DNA of 64,000 bases from Lama glama (GCA_028534125.1 CM052823.1:4836001-4900000), one strand, 5' to 3'; positions 36,421 through 50,990 are shown, counted from the first letter of the stretch. Program-made: numbers and translations. The notes: a model not told the origin generated them from the letters alone.

Positions 36421-38061
36421 AGAGTTTCTGTGGTCTTAGGGCAGGGCCAACGTAACAGACAGGGTACAAATGCCGAGTTCAGTGCTGGGGAGTTTCAGGC
36501 AAGAATCAGCCAGGGCAGGCTTCCTGAAGGAGGCAGGCAACGCTGGTTGCAGGTGCTGACCTCTCTTGAGAGCCTGTACTAAATCTGGGGCACATCCTTC
36601 CAATCAGCATCTGTGGCTGGAACTGTGCACGGGGTCTTGGCCACATCTTCCGGGGCTGTTGCAGGCGCAGAATCACCCCGGGCTGGGCCTAGCCTGGTAC
36701 CAGGTCTTCCTTGGCCCAGAGGGGCCGAGGCGGCAGTGGTGTTAGCCTCGGTCTCTTGGCCGGACAAGTGTAGGTGTCCTCAAATACACTAATGCCCCTG
36801 GTCCTGGATCACAGCCGTTTCGGACAGACGGGCCCAGAGAAAGAGCCCTGGTTCTGGAGCCAAGCAGCCAGCCAGGGTGTTGGTGCAGCTGGCTGCTGGT
36901 GTCTGCAGTTTTCTGTGGTCACGTCATCAGTTTCCTGGTCTGTGCAATGGGTCTGCTGAACCCCGCCCCCGAGGGCATGCTAGGAAGCTCACTCAAGATG
37001 AAGAGTGACACAGGCTGCTGGCTTGCAGGGTCCTGTGGCTCTTCTGGATGGGGGACTCGCTCATAGGGGCCCTGGAATGGGCAATCCCTGCCCCTGCAGA
37101 CCTGTGTGGGGCACTGGGCACCGTGGGGCAGGGGTGAGGGGTGCTGGGGGAGCGTCCCTGGCAGAGCCAACCCGGGGCCCAGCTGCCCATCATCTTGTTG
37201 ATGTTTTCTTTTTGTCTCTCTGATGCTTCCCCGCTCAATTATTTACCCAGGGAATTTGGGCTTCTTCACTTGTGGTTTTGGCAAGGGCTTCACACAAATG
37301 TTTTGCCCTGGTGGTCTCTTAGCCAGTTAAGATAAACGGCCAAATCAAACGCAGGCCTTGCCGGGGAGCCCAGGCGAGCTGTGGGGCTGGGCGGAGACAG
37401 GCAGGCCCCTGGCTCTGCGTCTTGGCTGTCAGACTGGGGGAGGTGTGAAGACGGTTGCTGGGCAGTGCCACGGCTTTCTGGGGTGGAGGGGGCTTCAAAG
37501 CCTTCTTAAAGCACTTGGGGCTTGGATGTTGGGTGAAGGTGTTGGTTGCGGAGGAGGACTGTGGGCTGGGAGAGGCACCAGCTGATGGTTCACGAGGCTG
37601 GAGGCTAAGCGGTACCCAGGCGCCGGGAAGTGGACTGGAGGTATCCAAGGCCTGTACGAACAGCCCATCTGAGCAATCGGTGGTGGCTCAGAACTTCCTG
37701 GCTCTTCCAGAGGGGGGTGGCCTAGATTTGGGGGAATAAGTCCCCAAATGGAGTCTGCTCCAGAACACTCCAGAAGCCTGAACCCTGGGAGACCTGACAG
37801 CCCCTGTTTGCTCCAGCCCTGTGTATTAGGCAACCCTGGGATGGGAGTCTGGTCCCGAGACAGTCCCATCTGGCAGCTGTGGACATAGGACCCCCTCAGG
37901 CCCCACCCACTTCCCTGACCCCTGATCCTGCCTCAGTCCTGCTGCCTTCCCCAGCGGGCTGGCACCCTGGGCCTCCCACCCTGGAAGGGTGGTCTGCAGC
38001 CCCCTGCCCCGGGCCCCAGTTCCGCACCCTGAAGCCCTCGCCCCGTCCAGGGCCCGACTGA

Positions 38062-38565
<504 letters not shown>

Positions 38566-39899
38566 TGAGAGTCTCCTCTCAGAATGCATTCCCCCAACCT
38601 CCCAATTTCATCTCTTTGGGCTGTTTAGCTAAAGTTTAATTGGATAACGCTTAACATCTGAGGTTTTCTTCTGCCCTCGCCACTGCCACCCTCCTCCCCC
38701 ACCCCAGCCATCACCCACCACCCCCAGAGCACAGCTAGAATGGATTCCTTGGTTTCTGTGTACATCACTGGAGCCGTCCAAAATGCTGAGTTTCTTTTGC
38801 GAGAATGTGTTGCCCATTAACTTTGAGAAAAAAAGGTCTCTCTGAAGGAGGTTTTTAGCATCGGCTCTGAGAGGGAGTGAAGCTTTGTGGGGGCGCATGT
38901 GGGGGAGGGGCAGGGGGTGGTGCTGAGCATCTGTGGTGTGCCCGGCTCCAGGTCGGTGTGGTTACCCATTACACAGATGGGCGGACAGGGCAGTGCGGAG
39001 GCACCACCTGTTGGTCTCCCTTACATCCCTTCTCTCTCCCCAGGCAAAACCAAACTCCTGCTCCAGCCTGGGGTCCCTGGAATGTGCAGGCGGGGACCTT
39101 GCATCCCAGCCTCTCCCGCCTAGAGTCTTGGCAGGGCCTGAGGCAGAAAACACTGAGGCCACAGGAGCCGGGATGTTAATAAGGACACTGGGGGGTGGAG
39201 AGCACCCCTCGGTCTGGTTTCCAGGCGGGGGAGCAGGGGCCAGGAAAGCAGAGGGTGGGTGCATAGCCAGGGGAGGTTCTGTTTGTCCCTGCTTTGTCAC
39301 TATGCACGTTGCAGGCTTTCTCTCGACCCCGGTTGTGAAAGGAAAAAGATTTTTATGAGGCAGGTTTTACTTTTCATTGAAGCTGTCCCAGGGGGTGGCC
39401 CCCCCCAGAGCCACAGCTCTGTAGAGGGCCACAGGCAGCTCGGCTCAGGATCAAGAGCTCCCTGAGCCTTCCTGCTGGCGGAGTGCCCTGCTGCCTTCAG
39501 CACCCCTTGCTATATAACAGGGTGACATCGTAGGCACTGGGCTTATGTCTTGAATGCACAAAGCAAAGACTCAATCACCCGAAGAAGCCGGCTCCATGAC
39601 TCGGGCTGCCCTGGGGCCCAGGGTGACTGAGGCCCCCGTCTCAGCTCTGCAGGTCTGTGCTGTGATCCCTGCTTGCTGAGCGCGGGATGCCTGCTCCATC
39701 TGGGTGGCTGCCCTGCCCTCATGGCTTCCTGTAATCAGTGCTGCAGCCCTCAGCCGCTACTCTGGGGGCTGCACTATCAAAGATCAGCCTGAGTGTTTAT
39801 GACCGGACTCAGTCTGTGGTGCAGAAACATGATCTCCCTGGCAGTAGAGTGCCTGGGACTTTCCTTAACCCTCTCAGGGCTCCGGCTCTGCTTAGAAGC

Positions 39900-40400
39900 C
39901 ATGGTGCTGAGTGAGAGCTGTGACGTCCCCATTTTACAGATGGCGAAGCAAAGGCTCGGGGAGGGTGAGTGGCTGGGCCCGTGTTGTGGAACCTGGGATT
40001 TGTGGTCAGGATGCCTCCTGACAAGGCCAGCCCTCTTCCCGCTGAGCCACGTGCCTCTGCCTACATCCAGGGGACATGCTCACACAGTCACTCTCAGCCA
40101 TGGTGCCACCGGCTTCCTTATTGAAACTGTGGATTGAGGGCCTACTGTGTGCTGCTTTGCGCTATACATTTTGTGTGTAATCTTGAGTTTAATCTTCATA
40201 GACACCTTAGGAGGTAGGTTTACTGTCCCTCCTTTACAGATGAGAAAATGAGGCTCAGAGATGTGAAGTCTCACAATTCACATTCGTTTGTTCATTCATT
40301 GCTCCACTCACCGAGTTTACAGGCTCTGTGCAAACCACAGTGCAGTCAAGCACGGCAGGTCCCTGCCCTCCTGTGGCTTGCAGTCTGGTGGGAGGGGGTG
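39900..40400 (-). mobile_element. Cluster of two MIRs and an L2 3' end
   Basis: MIR cores ccccattttacagatggcgaagcaaaggctc and tttacagatgagaaaatgaggctcagaga. L2-like cattcgtttgttcattcatt...gtccctgccctcctgtggcttgcagtctggtggg. Confidence 0.7.
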
Positions 40401-41484
40401 GGGGTGGTGGAGTGGGAATGGGGACCCGCAGGGAGGATGCTTCGAAGGGGATGGAAGAACAGAGGTGGCGTGTGGTGGTGGACTGCTCATCCTCCACCTG
40501 CTTTATCCTGGGCGTTGGCTCACCCGACTTAGAGTCCTCCTTGGATTTTAGACCTTGATGCCGCGAGGGCTCAGCACCCGTGAGCAGCCCCTACGCTTGC
40601 CAGCAGTGCCGGGGAGGGGAGCGAGGCAGGGCAGTGTCTGTGTCTGGGGTCCTGGGCACCTCTCCTCCTTGCCTCCTCGGGGGCCAGCTCTCGGCCTCCG
40701 ATACTCTGCCTGGATTCCTAGCACTGATCTCGTCCTCATTGGGTCGCAGTAATTAGACTCTGCCAGGTTGCGCCATCATATTTTCAGGTCAATTTCGGTA
40801 CCTGAAATACCCTATTCCAGTGGTTTTTGTCCCTTTGTGGCTTCTGTCCCTGGCACTGGGCTGTTTGCTTAAGTGTTTTTAGTGCCTGCTTAATTAGTAG
40901 TTGGAATGGAGTCATTAAATTCCCAGTAACCCGTTAGGAAGAAGCAGTCCTCTGTAAAGACGGAAAGCGGCTGCTGTCCGTACTTTGTTTTGTCCCTTTT
41001 CGGATCAGGGTGCACTTTTCAAATTAATCTGGAAAACCCCAGTGTAACCGTGTTTCACACAGGTTAATTGCATGCTGGGGAACACATTCTAGGTTACTTA
41101 TAGAAGGATGCGATTTTATGGGGAAGAAGACCACACAGGAAAGGGTATTTGTGTACCTTTCTGGCTGGCAGTATCCCGAACACTGGCTCCCAGGACCCCG
41201 ACCCCAAATCTCCTTCTAACGGTCACAGCAGGAAGGAAGGTCTGGGGAGACCCCTTTACTTTTTCTTTTTTTGACTCTGTTGAAAGAGTGAGGGGCTTTG
41301 GGTCTGGATGTTCCTGGAAACTGAAGTTCCTTCCCTGAGAAATTCCATGTAGGAATGTCTCTGAGGTACTGATGGAGTCAGAAGGCTGGGGTGGGGCTGT
41401 GGTCTTGGCTCTTACTCCATCTGGCCAGTGACCTTGAGTAAGTCATTTCCCTTGTCTGGACCTGTCTCCCCTTCTATAAAAATA

Positions 41485-41572
41485 AATATACACGTATACA
41501 CACAGGCGTACATATGGTACATATGTAATATGCACATACACACACGTGTATATATGGTACACATGTAATATT
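41485..41572. repeat. Degenerate (TA/CA) repeat containing a ~35-nt imperfect tandem duplication
   Basis: tacacacaggcgtacatatggtacatatgtaatat versus tacacacacgtgtatatatggtacacatgtaatat. Confidence 0.7.
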
Positions 41573-41811
41573 TAAATACCAGGCTCCTCCTACTGACCTC
41601 TAAAACAGATCACATCGATGAGTTTCGATTACTGAGATGCTGTGGATATCTGGGTACAGGACTTGGCTAGCGTTCCCAGGCAGGATGGGGCATTCAGAGA
41701 ACAGTTTGAAAACCATCGGTCTTTGGAAACCCTGAACCCTTCCCTGTTCTGAGGTTTTCGTGATGGGGAGGCAGAGTACCAGAATGCAGAGTGAAGGCTG
41801 CTTTTTCCTGT

Positions 41812-41940
41812 AGGGCTGTGTGACCTCAGACAAGTCATTTCCACCCTCGTCCTCAGTTGCCCCACCAATAAAATGGGGGTAATTGAAGGATTGTTCTGAG
41901 GATTGAATGAGGTCATACACACTTGGTGCTGGGAACAATG
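41812..41940 (+). mobile_element. MIR SINE
   Basis: gctgtgtgacctcagacaagtcattt...cctcagttgcccc...aaaatgggg...gaggattgaatgag. Confidence 0.75.
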
Positions 41941-44900
41941 CCTCTTGCTGAGCGAGCCTTCCAGATGTTCTGATTTATGCGGGAGCAGGATGGGTATCAC
42001 AACCTTACATCCTTACCTGCCCAGCGCCTTGTGGACTCCTGCTTCAAGCTGGATCCCCACTTTCTATTCTTAAAGGCATTTAGCCTCTTGGCTGGCTCAG
42101 ATCATGTACTCTCAGCATTGGGAGGTGGAAGAGGAACCTAGAAACTTCATTGCATATTTAAGAGCCACAAATGGTCATCAGCCACAATGATTAATACGTG
42201 CGCTTGGTGACGTTCAAGGTCTCAAGCAAGAACACACGAGATCCCAGCTCAGGAAAGTGAAAGTGTTTGNNNNNNNNNNNNNNNNNNNNNNNNNNNNNNN
42301 NNNNNNNNNNNNNNNNNNNNNNNNNNNNNNNNNNNNNNNNNNNNNNNNNNNNNNNNNNNNNNNNNNNNNNNNNNNNNNNNNNNNNNNNNNNNNNNNNNNN
42401 NNNNNNNNNNNNNNNNNNNNNNNNNNNNNNNNNNNNNNNNNNNNNNNNNNNNNNNNNNNNNNNNNNNNNNNNNTTGTCGTTTTCTCCTCCTTCAATTATA
42501 TCCTAGTGTTCATTTTGTGTTGGTTGTTACAGCCGGAGCCTTCCAATGAGATGCCGTGGATTAGGCCACCCTAGCTGTGGAAGCTTGATGCAATTAATAC
42601 AGTCTGTCTGGAAAGTGGCCTTATTTCTGGAAGTTTTATGTTAATGATATGGTCTGTGCTTTGCACATTTCGTAGCAGAACAAGAAGCAGGCTGTAGTTT
42701 CGTTTTGGGCTGGGTTTGATTAACACCGGAGGATCAGTGGGCAGCCAAAGGATGATGTGGACCGAGATGACTGCGCTGCCAGGCCCCTGCTGGCGCACCA
42801 CCTCCATTCGGGCGCAGGGGGTGCAGAGGTGCCCTGGCTGGGCACGGGGGCCTCCATGGAGACCTTGGAGGGAGGGGTGAGTATGGGGTGACGGAGAGGA
42901 GAAGTGAGTGTGGGTGAGCGTGTGCGGACAGAAGCACTCCCATCGGGGAAGGTTCCAGACACGCCCCTGACATTCTCCATTCTCTTTGCACAGTCGCGTT
43001 TGTGGTGGGGTCTTTCTGGACTCACCAGGTCCCAGGGGCAATGAGGATTGGCTCACTGTGGAGAAAGGCTCTCAGGGGAGTTATTAAAAATTTAAAGAGT
43101 CATCTGTATGCCCTGCACTGATGTCTCCATCACTGAAGGGGCTGGCAGTCCAGCGTGTTCAGCCTGTCGGCGGTTCCTGGAGTCTACTCTGGTGTCTGCT
43201 GGTTTCTCGGGATCATACTGCTGCAGAGGCTGCCCTTGGCCACCTGCCTTCAGAACCCAGACACTTTCTCCTGTCATTGGAGGAAGACCAGGAGTAGCCC
43301 TGGAGGCTGCGAGGCCCCCAGGACAGAGGAAGCCGCCTCTCCAGGCTGGAGGACGTGGCTGAGGGCAGCAGGGCTTGGGTGGACTCCAGAGGAGTCCTCT
43401 GTCGAGGGAGCTGTAAAGTCACAGCTCTTCTGGCACCCCCGGGCGCCAGATGAGCTGGGGATGGCGAGGGGAGACCAGAAGGAGTTCAGAGCTGCTCCAT
43501 GGGGGGCAGGGGCACCTACCCGCGTGACGTCCTTAGATAAAAGGGGGTCCCAGCCGTGTCCCAGCGCGGAGACCACTGCCGCCTCGTCAGACTTGGCTTC
43601 ACTCTCCCAGCCGGCCCTTNNNNNNNNNNNNNNNNNNNNNNNNNNNNNNNNNNNNNNNNNNNNNNNNNNNNNNNNNNNNNNNNNNNNNNNNNNNNNNNNN
43701 NNNNNNNNNNNNNNNNNNNNNNNNNNNNNNNNNNNNNNNNNNNNNNNNNNNNNNNNNNNNNNNNNNNNNNNNNNNNNNNNNNNNNNNNNNNNNNNNNNNN
43801 NNNNNNNNNNNNNNNNNNNNNNNNNNNNNNNNNNNNNNNNNNNNNATTAATTTTTAATGCAGCACTGGATGCAGTGCTCTAAAGCAGTTAGTGGATGTGA
43901 AGAACCAGCCCTGGCCACCGACATCAGAGATCTCGGAGCAGGGCGGCCACGTTCTGCAGCTTGAAAGGGAATCTGAAAGTGGCAGAGGAGGCGGGGCACC
44001 CTCTGCATGGATGGGATGGTCCAGAAGTGCGCCTGCTTCAGATGACCTGAAGCCTCGCGTTAATGTTGAACGGGCTGGGATCAGGGGTCCTGACTGATCA
44101 TCTTGCCCTTCCTTTTTATCATCTAGATGGGGACACTGAGGGAGAGAGTGGGGAAGAGGCCACTGGAGCTGGCTCGTTCTGCGTCCCTCAGGCCTTGCAC
44201 ACTAGCCCACACTGCCCCTCTCGACTTCACTTTGAAAACGGGAAAAGGAAATTCATGATCTTGCTGAAGTCACATGAAACAGGCAGTTAGATTTGGCAAC
44301 AGGTAGCTTTTTTGCTTTGAGGAGCCTTGCACTTGGCCTCTTGAACCCCCCATTTTGCCCTCTGCAGTTGGGACATGCCTCCGTGTGATGGGTCCTAGGT
44401 GTGACATGTCCTGTGGTTGTGCTGTGATCACTGGCTGCCCATCTCTTCTCAGGCATCTCTTCTATGGTGTGGATTAAGGCTTGAAATTAAAAGCCATTGT
44501 GGACATCTGTTGGCGGAAGAGCAGCAGGCATTGTGGGCAGCTCCAGGGGTGGGACCATGCTTGGTCCTTGTTCTCAAGGTGCATGGGTGTGAATAGGTGA
44601 CTGTGGTCTATCCACTTCCTTTCTCCAGGCCTCAGTTTCCTCACCTGGGAAATGGGGACAGTAGAAGAACCCGATCTTCATCCCTGCCCTGGAGGGTCCC
44701 TTGAATGGCCTCCATCCTGAGTGGCCACAGCTGATCGCCAGCACATGGGGAAGCAGAGGCAAAGAGAAGCGAGGGGCAGGCGGGAGAAGGCTGGGCTGTT
44801 GAGAAGCCCTGGGTACTGTGTACACAATGATGACTTGGTTGCTGTCTCTTTGAAAGTCTCCTGCCTGGGAAGTCTCCTTAGTGTGAATGACAGAGGAGGA

Positions 44901-46539
44901 AGGCCCCTCTCCATCACTGCTTCTAAGACGTGCCGCCATCTGCCAGCACCGTCCTAGCCGTGTTGAATCCCACGTTCAGGCACCCATCCTCCTAACACCT
45001 GCAAGGAAAGGCAGCCGCCCTCCTATTGCTCATGAGGATACCTGGGCACCGAAAGGCCAAGCAACACGCCAGGGGCCACACAACACACAAGCAGCAGAAC
45101 TGAGATTGGAGCTCGGGTCTGGCTGGCCCTGAAGTTGTCTTCTCAGCTCCCCCTTCCGGCTCCGCGTTGGGCTGCTTGGCGGTTGAAATATGGAAAAGCA
45201 GACCACATTCGGCCACGGTCCTGGGAGGGTCCCCGTATCTTGCTTCATTCACTGGTCATGCTGGTGGTGCCTGATCTGGGCTCGATGCAGGGATCCAGAA
45301 AGGGGCTCCCTGGGGGGGTCTCTGCCCTAGAGGAGCTCACGGTGGTGGGGGTACACAGAGAATGTGAGGGACATGTCCCATGATTCCTTTCTCTGCTTAA
45401 AGAAATGAAACACCTGGCTGTGGGAGCTGGGGGGCCCCCACTGAGTTCTCCTGACGGAGGAGGTGAGGCTGGCGGTGGGGACCGGCTTCTTCTCGGGCGT
45501 GGGGCAGTGACAGATGTGGGTGTGGCGTCTCCCAGGAGGGGCCCCGCTGACCCAATGAGCCTCCCAGAGCCCCGCCTGGCCCCCAAGGGGTCTGACTTGT
45601 GAGTGATTTACGGGGACACTGACCACCAGGGGGAAGTTTTGACACTGAAGGAGAGGCCTGGACGTGGGACGACTTTCTCATCCCATTTACCCTCATATGG
45701 AATTTCTAGGGTCTGGTTGGGAGTCATGGACTCAGCAACCAGTCCCACTCCAGCCTGTACCAGGCTGACTTATATCCCCCTCTGGGTCTTCCCAGTGCCT
45801 GGCGGGCTGGGCCCTGTCGGTGCTCAGGAGGTGCCGGTGGGCAATGAAGACCCGGGGAAGGTGTGCTCGTGTCTGGTGAGCAAGCAGGAGGAACACAGAG
45901 GCTGCGTTAGTGACCTCCTCCTCTTTGTACTCAGGTCCCTAGAAGCAATTTCTCCGCGCTCGGGAGAAACCGACGTTCGTTGTCCTTACAGCTGGAGGTG
46001 GTGGTCTTTGTTGCTTTTTCTGTCGGAGGGAACAAAATGTACTTGACTTTTCAAACTGGAGGACCGGGCGGGGCGGAGGGGCTGTGAAATGTACATATTT
46101 CACAATCAAACCCGAAGAGTCTAAACCATGAAATAAAGTTTATCCAAACATAATCAAGGCTGGCCAATTTAATCCAGAAAGCAGTGGGAAGAAACCCTTG
46201 GCGGGCCGGGGTCCCTCTGTGTGGGGTTCTGCCGCCAGCATCGTACCTGCGGGGAATTGTAGCCTCCCACCCCTCCTCCCCTGCTCCTTGGGCATTATCT
46301 AATAATAACCGAGCGCCTCGGGGGTTGGCGTGTGCCCACGGCGTGTGGTCAGGGTGGCAGGATGCAGCCACTGCGATTTCCTCTCCCATCAGGGTCCTGA
46401 CACTCGGCAGTGGGCCGCCAGGTCATGGCCAGGTCACCATTTCTGTGTCCCTACTGTGCATCAAAGTCTCTGCAGGGGCCTTCCCAGACATTTAAGCTCT
46501 CCAGCAGCTTCTCCCTTAGGAAGGCCACCTGTTCTGTGG

Positions 46540-46640
46540 CTCACCGTTGAGGAGACCGGGACCAGAGAGGTGACGTGACTTGCCTGAAGTTGCACGGCTG
46601 GTAGACGGCAGAGGTGGGATTTGAGCCCAGGTCTCCTTGG
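46540..46640 (-). mobile_element. MIR SINE fragment
   Basis: cagagaggtgacgtgacttgcctgaagttgcacggctggtagacggcagaggtgggatttgagcccagg. Confidence 0.7.
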
Positions 46641-47198
46641 GTCTGGGGGCCACAGCCTGCTCCTCTCCTTGCTTTCTGGTTCCCAGGCTGCCCAGCCGCG
46701 GGCCCTCTACCTGGCAGGTGTGAGGGAGAGGAGCGAGGTAATGAATCAGGGAGCTGCTCGGGGCTGGCCCGAGCCTGGGTAATAAGAACGCCCATGTTTT
46801 ATGATTTCAGCAGAAGGGATCAGAGGGCTCGGGGCTTCTGCAAGGAGGTTAATGCAAAAACGGAGTCCCTACCTGCAGAGACAGGGGCAGTTGGAATCTT
46901 TTCATAAATCCAGACATTTTTAATTACTGCCTTTGTTAATAAGAGGTGAGGAGTGGCTTAGGGGGACGAGGCCCCCGGGCGCCTGAGTCTGCCTGGGCGC
47001 TGTGTTTAACCACTCCTTTCTGCTGCAGGCCCCCGCTTCTCGGATTTCCTTGTGCTGTAGTAACAAGCGCCTCGTTTTATTATTCTTGATTTACTAGCAC
47101 AAGGACCCCGTCGCTTGAGGGCCCACTATGTGCACATCTTCTGTGTGTGCTTTCCACCGATTCTTTCTCACAGTGATGTGAGGATATGTGTGTTGGAA

Positions 47199-47835
47199 TT
47201 TTTTTTTTATTATGGTAAACTACACAGGACATCGTTAATCATTTTTAGAGGCGTTAAGTCCATTCACGTTGTTCTGCTACTGTCACCACCATCCATCTCC
47301 AGAACTTTTTTGTCATCCCAAATGGAAACACTGTCCCTGTTAAACCCTAACGCCCCAGCCCACAACCACCATTCTGCCTCCTATCTCTGTGAGTTTGACC
47401 ACGTGGGCAATCTCACAGGAGGGGAGTCGTGCAAGACTGGTCTTTTTTTGTGTCTGGCTTATTTCACTCGGCATAATGTCCTCAAGGTTCATCCATGTTA
47501 CGGCATGTGTCTGATTGCCTTCCGTTTTAAGCTTGAGTGATATACAGCGTATGGAGGGCCCACACTTCATCCGTTCATCCTGTGGTGGATGGTGGTGGTT
47601 TCCACCGTTGGGCTCCTGGGACGATGCTGCTGTGAACACGGGTGTACGCATACCGGTTCGAGAACTTGCCTTCAGTCCTTTTGGGTGAATTCCCAGGGGT
47701 GGAGCTGCTGGATCACATGGTGATTTTGTATTTAACTCATTGATGAACCGTCCACCTCTCTCCCACTGTGTCTGCACTGTTTTACATTCCCACCAGCAGT
47801 GCTCAAGGGGCCCTGTTTCTCCAACCTCCTCCCTG
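47199..47835 (-). mobile_element. Ancient L1M (L1MB-like) 3' region
   Basis: T-tail, then accaccatccatctccagaac...ctggcttatttcactcggcataatgtcctcaaggttcatccatgtt...gctggatcacatgg...ttttacattcccaccagcagtg. Confidence 0.85.
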
Positions 47836-48491
47836 ACCGTTGGAGTTTATAGATGAGGATCCCGAGTCTCAGGGATGTGGACACCAACTGGCCCAAGTTA
47901 TGTGGTTAATAAGCCTGAAAGCCTGGGATGGACTCGGCCCCCGCCGACTCCAGGCTCTGTGATGTGGCCGTGGTCACAGGTCGGTGCCTTCGGTACCGTT
48001 CCCTGGAGGGTCTCTGACATCGGTTCTCTTGTGAACGCTTCCCTGTGATGGCCCTGCCTCCCAGCATGCTGGTTTTCGGCAGTCAGCTAAACATTTTGTT
48101 AGCTAAGTTGCGGGAAGAAAATTCTGCAAGTGGGCAGTTTTCACTTTCCTTTCTGCTGTGTCCTCCAGGTGTTGATTTGGGTTGGGTTCAGCAGAAAGAG
48201 TGTGTATGTACTGTGGGGACACTCAGGGGGCAAGGTAGAGCTGGCTGGTGTCCTGGGAAACGTGCTGCCCCTCTCTGAGCCTCTCCTGTCTGCTGGGGGT
48301 CATCGCCCAGCCTTGCTTCCCCGGCTGGGCTGGGAGCAATTGGAGAGGGGGCATCCTGAGTCGACCTACAGGGCGACTTACTTCCTGGGTCTGCCATGCG
48401 GATGTGGTGGCCTTGGGTCTTTTGTGAAAGGGGACATCGTGGGGCTGTAGTGAGGATAATCATGTGGTGCTGTGATTTCTCTCTGTTGCCC

Positions 48492-48960
48492 TGTATTTGT
48501 GACCTTGGGTTGCCTTAGCAAATGACCACAGGCTGGGTCATTTGCTGTGACCCAAACAGCAGAAATTGGTTGTCTAAAGGTTCCGGAGGCCACAAGTCCA
48601 AAAGGAAGGTGTCAGCAGGGCTGCGCTCCTCCTGAAGGGGAGACTCTGCTCCTGGCCTCTTCCAGCTTCCGGGTGGCTGCAGGTGTTCCTTGGCTTGTGG
48701 CCACATCCTTCCCATCTCTGTCTCTAGGGTCATGTTGCTGCCTTCTTGGGTCTGTCTTCTCTCCTGGACAATTAAAATTAAAAGGACAATTGTCACTGGA
48801 TTGAGAGCCCACCCAGATGATCCAGAAGGATGTCATCTCAGATCCTGAACTTAATTATGTCTGCAGTGAACTTCTTCCCCAATAAGATCACAGTCACAGA
48901 TTCTAAGGGTTTGATTATGGACTTTTCATTTTAAAGGGGGCTGCCATTCAACCCATGACA
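48492..48960 (-). mobile_element. MLT1 (ERVL-MaLR) solo LTR
   Basis: TG...CA termini with a near-perfect 5-bp TSD (tgccc 48487-91 / taccc 48961-65). Internal MLT1 motifs ggaggccacaagtcc..aaggtgtcagcagggctg, gcctcttccagcttc and ccattcaacccatgaca. Confidence 0.85.
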
Positions 48961-48969
48961 TACCCCTCA

Positions 48970-49090
48970 CTGGATTGTGAGCCCCTCCAGGGCAAGAACC
49001 CCAATTTGGTGCCCTCTGTGAACTCCCGAGGTCTAGGACAGCTTCAGGCGCATGTGGAGCATCCCCAAAATGTATGATGGGTTGAACTTG
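48970..49090 (+). mobile_element. L2 3' end fragment
   Basis: gattgtgagcccctccagggcaag...tctaggacag...ggcgcatgtggagcatc. Confidence 0.55.
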
Positions 49091-49860
49091 GACTGGTCTC
49101 GGGGATGATCGCATGTTCCTTTCCTTGGGAATTCGGCAACTCTCAGACGCTGTCACCTCTGGCCAGCCCTCAGACCTCACAGATTACGGAAGGTTGTGTG
49201 GCCTGCTCTGTGCACAGTTATTGATGGGGGAAGGGGGTGGCTTTAAAGAAAAGTCTGCAGTGATTATTATGAGGAAAAAATGAGTAGAGTTGAAGAGAAG
49301 CTAAAAAGAGCTGGACACAGACTTGCCTATAATCTATTTTTTTAAGAAAATAGAATTATTTTGGTAAACAGGCTCTGAGAAGCCAGGAATATTTTTAGTC
49401 CGCATCTCCTACGACGCTGTGCCACTTTTCAGGAAGAGCGGTCCACTGGAGTGTGATGTCACCAAGTCAGGCTGCGGAGGCCCGTGGAGCAGGGTGGGGA
49501 CAGGGCAGGTCGGAGGGCCAGGAGCCCGGTCCTGGACCCCGTTTTGCTGTGGGTGTCTCTACTGGGAGGACAGTCCTTGGGCGGCCTGACTGGCCGCGCC
49601 TGGTCCGTTGGGAGGACTGACACCGGTTTAGCTCCGGGACCAGGAGGGTCAGGGGTTCCCTCTGGGCGAGGCTGACCCGCCCACCGTCCTGTGATATGGG
49701 GCTGAGTGGACCTGCAAGAAATAACCAAGACTGGAGGGAGAACATTCCATGGCTTTTTCATTTGGAGCCAAATATTGCCTCGTGTAATTTTCTCCCTCAT
49801 CTTTCCCATTGCCTCTGCCAGGGTCCTTGGGCCTGGCACCGACCCTGTAATGAAAGGGCC

Positions 49861-50075
49861 TGTGTGTTTGTGCATTAATATGTAAGTGTGTATTTGTGCG
49901 TCTGTGCTTATGTGTATGTGGATGTATGTGCAGGTGTTTGTGTGTGTATTTGTATGTATGTGTGAGTGTAGGTGACTGGGTGTGTGTGTTTATATGTGGG
50001 TGCATGTGTTTGTATGTGTGTATGTATGTGCACGTGTGCATGTGAGTTTGTGTGTGCATGCACGTGTGTGTGTGT
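49861..50075. repeat. Degenerate (TG)n/(TGTA)n tract, ~215 nt
   Basis: Seen directly; it also explains the His/Thr- and Cys/Val-rich pseudo-ORFs here. Confidence 0.9.
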
Positions 50076-50990
50076 TGGCGCGGGGGCACTATCTGCACAG
50101 AACAGGGCCCCCCCCGTCGCCCCCCCCCCCCCGCCCACCGCGCGCCCAGTGCCAGGTGTTCACGGTGGAGACACTTCTGATTGTTTTTCCCCCTGAACTC
50201 TGCAGTTCTCCCTGGCTGCAGCGTGTGCCAGCATGTTTCAGCGCCAAGGCTCCAGGGGCCTTTGTGGGCAGGTCACCCTCTGGGGATGAATTCGCCTTCT
50301 CATTACCTTCTCGGGGAGACCCCGTCCCCTGCCCCACCCCGATCTCGGGGAGCCCGCAGTTCTCAGTGCTGGGAAATGGGGCCAGTCCTGGGGGCTGTGC
50401 CGGGGGGACGCCAGCCTTAGGCGTGAACGGCTGTGTTCAGGGGCACTTTGCTAAACGCTTATGATGGGCTCCATCCTCAGTACCCCTCACCCCAACTCTG
50501 CAAGGAAGGCACTATTCTCCCCATTTTACAGATAAGGAAATTGAGGCAGTCTGTCTTCAGAACCCTTAACCGCTTGATTAGGCTTTAGAACCTCCCCTGA
50601 TGTGCTCTCCCGCCTTCAGCCGCAGCAGTTCTGTGGAAGGTGGGGAGTAGTAAGCGGAGATTACTGTACTATTTTTATTGTTGGTGTAACCACAGTCCTC
50701 ACCACTGCTGTTTCCCTGGCGGGAGGTATTCGGGCGTCCACATGGCTTTTCCCTCTGTGGCCGAGTCCCGCCTCCTGACGCCTCTGGTTTTCCGGGGGCC
50801 GTTTCCCTCCTTCCAACCCGATGGACATCCTTACCTTCATCCCTCGTCCCCGCCGTCGTCTTCCCCTCCCTTCCGGGTTTGTGTGCGTTTGATGTCAGAT
50901 AGCCTTTCTCCTCTAATTGAGATAATGAACCCAGTATTTCCAGAACTGCTGCGCCGAACGTCAAGTGCAAAGTGATGGTTTTCATTTGTT

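Noticed and set aside
43861-43878. 7-bp hairpin AGCACTG-GATG-CAGTGCT at a gap edge
   Set aside because: Too short to exceed chance and not a pre-miRNA-sized stem.
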